From Actinomycetota bacterium (GTDB taxonomy: Bacteria; Actinomycetota; Actinomycetes; JACCUZ01): a stretch of 49,524 nt of DNA. Position 1 is the stretch's first letter, and every line of letters begins with the position of its first letter. Where the stretch lies: NCBI GenBank assembly GCA_030841025.1, contig JAVEDJ010000012.1:1-49524 (forward strand), read 5' to 3'. The position numbers and the translations under genes were made by a program. The notes beneath the pieces were generated by a model. That model was not told the DNA's origin, did no database searches, and saw only the letters and a list, made by a program, of their open reading frames with translations. Of this stretch, positions 46,452-49,524 are shown in pieces.

Positions 46452-47461
46452 TTGCGGTCCATCGCGACCTGACCCGACACGAGCTTGGCGCGGCACGTGC
46501 CGCACACCCCTCCCTTGCACGCGTACGGCGCGTCACCGCGCACCGCGAGTGCCGCATCCAGCACGCGGGTGCCGCCCCGCGGTACGTCGAACGTCGTCGA
46601 CCGGCCGTCCAAGGTGATGGTGACGCTGCTGCTTCCCTCGTCGCGCTCTGCGGTCGTGCCGGCGCCCGCGTCGCGCGGCGCCTCACCCTCGACGTGGAAG
46701 AGCTCGAGGTGCACCTGACCGGGTTGGACGCCCGCGGCCAGCAACGTGTCGCGGGCCTGCTCGACCATCGCGAACGGCCCGCACAGGAACCACTCGTCGA
46801 CGCGTGCGGAAGGCACCAGCGTGTCCATCAGCTGCGCCAGCTTGGCGCCGTCGATGCGGCCGTGGAACAGCTCCACCTCCTGCTGCTCGCGGGAGAGCAC
46901 GTTGACCAGCTGGAACCGCGTCGGATAGCGGTCCTTGAGGTCCGCGAGCTCGTCGAGGAACATCACCGACCGCGTGGTGCGGTTGCCGTAGATCAGGGTG
47001 ACGCTGCTGCGGGGCTCCACCGCGAGCACGGTCGCCACGATCGACAGCACCGGTGTGATGCCACTACCTGCCGCGATCGCGCAGTAGTGCTTGGCCTGCC
47101 CCGGCTCGAGCCGGGGCACGAAACGACCCGTGGGCGTCATCACGTCCATCTCGTCGCCGACCGCAAGCGATCCGGTTGCGAAGCCCGAGAAGACGCCGCC
47201 GTCGAGCCGCTTCACCGCGACGCGCAACCGGCCACTGGTCGCTGGCGCGCAGATGGAGTAGTTGCGCCGTACCTCGGTGCCGTCGATCGTGGCTCGGACG
47301 GTGAGGTGCTGGCCGGCGGCAAAGGCGTAGTCGTCGCTCAGCTCGGCGGGCACGGCGAACGTGATCGTCACCGAGTCGTCGGTCAGCCGCTCGACCGCTG
47401 AGACCCGCAACCGGTGGAAGACGCCGTGCCGGCGCGCTGCGGCAGTGAGGGTCTCGGTCAC
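46355..47461 (-). CDS. paaE: 1,2-phenylacetyl-CoA epoxidase reductase subunit PaaE
   Basis: GTG at 47461. It has ferredoxin-reductase motifs (RRNYSIC, AAGSGITP) and a C-terminal plant-type 2Fe-2S cluster CKGGVCGTCRAKL. Confidence 0.88.
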   Translation of the reverse strand: MTETLTAAARRHGVFHRLRVSAVERLTDDSVTITFAVPAELSDDYAFAAGQHLTVRATIDGTEVRRNYSICAPATSGRLRVAVKRLDGGVFSGFATGSLAVGDEMDVMTPTGRFVPRLEPGQAKHYCAIAAGSGITPVLSIVATVLAVEPRSSVTLIYGNRTTRSVMFLDELADLKDRYPTRFQLVNVLSREQQEVELFHGRIDGAKLAQLMDTLVPSARVDEWFLCGPFAMVEQARDTLLAAGVQPGQVHLELFHVEGEAPRDAGAGTTAERDEGSSSVTITLDGRSTTFDVPRGGTRVLDAALAVRGDAPYACKGGVCGTCRAKLVSGQVAMDRNYALEPDELAGGFVLACQSVPLTDEVVLDFDQ

Positions 47462-47462
47462 G

Positions 47463-47972
47463 TCAGAGGGCCTTGAAGTGGTCGAACGGCTCACGGCAGG
47501 CGTTGCAGACCCAGAGCGACTTGCACGGCGTGGACCCGAACCTGGAGGTCTCGCGGGTGTCCATGCTCCGGCACTGCGGGCAGCGGACGGACAGCGCGAC
47601 GAGGACCGGCCCGTCACTGAGGGTCCCCGACCGCGGCCCGGGTGGCGGCGCGATGCCGTAGTCGTCGAGGGCGCGGCGCCCTTGCTCGGTCATCCAGTCG
47701 GTGGTCCACGCCGGCGAGAGCACGGTGCGCACCTCCACCTCGTCGAAGCCGGCGGCGCGCACGGCCTGGCGCACGTCCCGGCGAATGACGTCCATCGCCG
47801 GGCAGCCGGAGTAGGTCGGCGTGACTGTGACCGTGACACAGCCGTCCGTGTCAACGGTGACGTCGCGCAGCACACCGAGGTCCGCGATCGTCAGGACCGG
47901 CACCTCCGGGTCGAGCACCGAGCCCGCCGCTGCCGTCGCCCGTGCGGTCGACGGGTCGGCGAGGACGCTCAC
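47463..47972 (-). CDS. paaD: 1,2-phenylacetyl-CoA epoxidase subunit PaaD
   Basis: The GTG at 47972 overlaps the paaC stop (GTGA). It has a DUF59-like core (VLDPEVPVLTIADLGVLRDV, TPTYSGCPAMD) and a C-terminal CPQC...CNAC ribbon. Confidence 0.85.
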   Translation of the reverse strand: MSVLADPSTARATAAAGSVLDPEVPVLTIADLGVLRDVTVDTDGCVTVTVTPTYSGCPAMDVIRRDVRQAVRAAGFDEVEVRTVLSPAWTTDWMTEQGRRALDDYGIAPPPGPRSGTLSDGPVLVALSVRCPQCRSMDTRETSRFGSTPCKSLWVCNACREPFDHFKAL

Positions 47973-48745
47973 CACGACGCCCCCGGGTGCGAACGGTGCA
48001 GGTGCTGCAGCTGTGCCAGCAGATGGCCGAAGTGCTCGCTGTGGATGCCCCGTCGTCCGCCGCGCGCCGTCCATGTCGTCTCGGGCGGCTCGAGGGTCGC
48101 CTCGCGCAGCACGCTGCCGACGTAGCGGTCCCACTCCTCGCGCAGCGTCGGGACATCAACGGCCACACCGGCAGAAGACAGCGACTGCTCGAGACCGTCG
48201 CCGGTGAACATCTCGTCGACGAACGGTGCCATTGCCGCGAGCCCGGCCTGCATGCGGCGGTGTGACTCCTGCGTTCCGTCGCCGAGCCGCAGCACCCACT
48301 GCGTCGCGTGGTCGCGGTGGTAGGCGACCTCCTTGACCGCCTTGCCGGCGACGCCGGCGAGGGTCGGGTCCGACGAGTGCTGAAGCCGGTCGTAGAGGCC
48401 GAGCTGGTAGGTCGAGAAGAACAGCAGCCGGGCCATCGTTACCCCGAAATCACCCCCCGGTTGCTCGACTATGTGCAGGTTGAGGAAGGCGCGCTCCTCA
48501 CGCAGATAGGCGAGGTCGTCCTCCGACCGGCCGGCGCCCTCGACCTCCCCCGCGTAGGTGAGCAGCGTGCGTGCCTGGCCGAGCAGGTCGAGCGCGATGT
48601 TGCCCAGGGCCACGTCCTCCTCGATCTGCGGAGCAGACGCGATCCACTCCCCCATGCGCTGCGCCAGGATCAGCGCGTCGTCGCCCAGCCGCAACGCATA
48701 GGTGGCGAGCGGCGGCAGTGGGACGTCCAGCGGCACCGCGCTCAC
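47969..48745 (-). CDS. paaC: 1,2-phenylacetyl-CoA epoxidase subunit PaaC
   Basis: The GTG at 48745 overlaps the paaB stop (GTGA). It has the ferritin-like PaaC pattern (YALRLGDDALILAQRMGEWIASAPQIEEDVALGNIALDLLGQAR). Confidence 0.85.
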   Translation of the reverse strand: MSAVPLDVPLPPLATYALRLGDDALILAQRMGEWIASAPQIEEDVALGNIALDLLGQARTLLTYAGEVEGAGRSEDDLAYLREERAFLNLHIVEQPGGDFGVTMARLLFFSTYQLGLYDRLQHSSDPTLAGVAGKAVKEVAYHRDHATQWVLRLGDGTQESHRRMQAGLAAMAPFVDEMFTGDGLEQSLSSAGVAVDVPTLREEWDRYVGSVLREATLEPPETTWTARGGRRGIHSEHFGHLLAQLQHLHRSHPGASW

Positions 48746-49029
48746 AGGTGCTGCACCTCGGCGGGGATGTCGTAGAAGGTCGGGTGCCGGTAGGCCTTGT
48801 CGCCGGCCGGGTCGAAGAACGTGTCCTTCTCGTCCGGGCTCGACGCGATGACGGCGGCGGTGGGGACCACCCAGATCGACACGCCCTCGTTGCGCCGGGT
48901 GTACACGTCGCGCGCGTTGCGGACGGCCATCTCGGCGTCCGGCGCGTGCAGCGACCCGACGTGCACGTGCGACAGCCCGCGGCGCGAGCGCACGAACACC
49001 TCGAACAGCGGCCAGTCGCGCTCGCTCAC
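48742..49029 (-). CDS. paaB: 1,2-phenylacetyl-CoA epoxidase subunit PaaB
   Basis: 95 aa. [26 protein letters not shown]...[14 protein letters not shown] is the highly conserved PaaB sequence. The GTG start overlaps the paaA stop. Confidence 0.9.
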   Translation of the reverse strand: MSERDWPLFEVFVRSRRGLSHVHVGSLHAPDAEMAVRNARDVYTRRNEGVSIWVVPTAAVIASSPDEKDTFFDPAGDKAYRHPTFYDIPAEVQHL

Positions 49030-49524
49030 GCGGCAGCCGTACGGCGGGAGCGCTTGGCGGCGTACGCCGTGGCCGCCTCACGCACCCAGGCACCGTCCTC
49101 GTGGGCGCCGCGGCGACGCGCCATCCGCTCGTCGTTGCACGGACCGTCGCCCGCGACGACCCGGGCCAGCTCGGAGAAGTCGATGGGACCGAAGTCCATG
49201 TGCCCGCGCTCGGGGTTCCACCGCAGCTCGGGGTCCGGCAGCGTGAGCCCGAGCGCCTCGGCCTGCGGCACCGTCATGTCCACGAACCGCTGCCGCAGCT
49301 CGTCGTTGGAGAACCGCTTGACGCCCCAGGCCATGGACTTCTGGCTGTGCGTCGAGTCGGCGTCGTGCGGGCCGAACATCATCAGGCTCGGCCACCACCA
49401 GCGGTCGACCGCGTCCTGGACCATCGCCTTCTGCGCGTCGGTGCCTTTCGTCATCAGCGTCAGCAGCGACTCGAAGCCCTGGCGCTGGTGGAACGACTCC
49501 TCGCGGCAGATGCGCACCATCGCC
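49026..49524 (-). CDS. paaA: 1,2-phenylacetyl-CoA epoxidase catalytic subunit PaaA, C-terminal part (5' end outside the window)
   Basis: [14 protein letters not shown] (di-iron ligand region), [11 protein letters not shown], and its position at the head of paaABCDE. The ORF stays open to the window edge. Confidence 0.88.
   Translation of the reverse strand, partial: AMVRICREESFHQRQGFESLLTLMTKGTDAQKAMVQDAVDRWWWPSLMMFGPHDADSTHSQKSMAWGVKRFSNDELRQRFVDMTVPQAEALGLTLPDPELRWNPERGHMDFGPIDFSELARVVAGDGPCNDERMARRRGAHEDGAWVREAATAYAAKRSRRTAAA

Overview
Very GC-rich sequence, visibly about 70% or more (not computed exactly), with the gene content and codon style of an actinobacterial chromosome. RNase Y next to recX and a paa operon hint at a Nocardioides- or Streptomyces-like lineage rather than Mycobacterium; this is inference only. 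Most of the window is conserved housekeeping DNA. Its order recalls the mycobacterial Rv2726c-Rv2764c neighbourhood: dapF, miaA, miaB, (rny), recX, recA, DUF3046, then clgR, cinA-like, pgsA, rimO, rodZ-like, ftsK, rnj, dapA, folA, thyA. The left flank carries glcD(partial)-glcE-glcF plus a lactate/glycolate permease. The right flank carries an acyltransferase and paaE-D-C-B-A (paaA truncated by the window end). Between the recA module and the clgR module (about 18.2-34.4 kb) lies a lineage-variable block. It holds a secreted phytase-like protein, a 991-aa fused FAD/Fe-S (YdiJ-like) oxidoreductase, a three-gene ABC-2 exporter, the large helicase Lhr, DUF1345, an acVLRF1-type (Vms1-like) putative peptidyl-tRNA hydrolase, a small Pro/Ala-rich ORF, GNAT, SDR, an ABM-membrane protein, and Nei. 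I found no tRNA, rRNA, CRISPR array, transposase, integrase or phage genes. I also found no convincing new multi-gene system. The items most worth a second look are: DNA-damage promoter motifs at recA (SOS box plus a RecA-NDp-like element) and at lhr (a RecA-NDp-like element with an apparent leaderless start); lhr and nei split by six opposite-strand genes that include the acVLRF1 gene; a secreted Asp/Gly/Asn repeat protein; and several small repeats and hairpins. Start codons were re-picked from the ORF track using family N-termini, Shine-Dalgarno sequences and start/stop overlaps. They are predictions.
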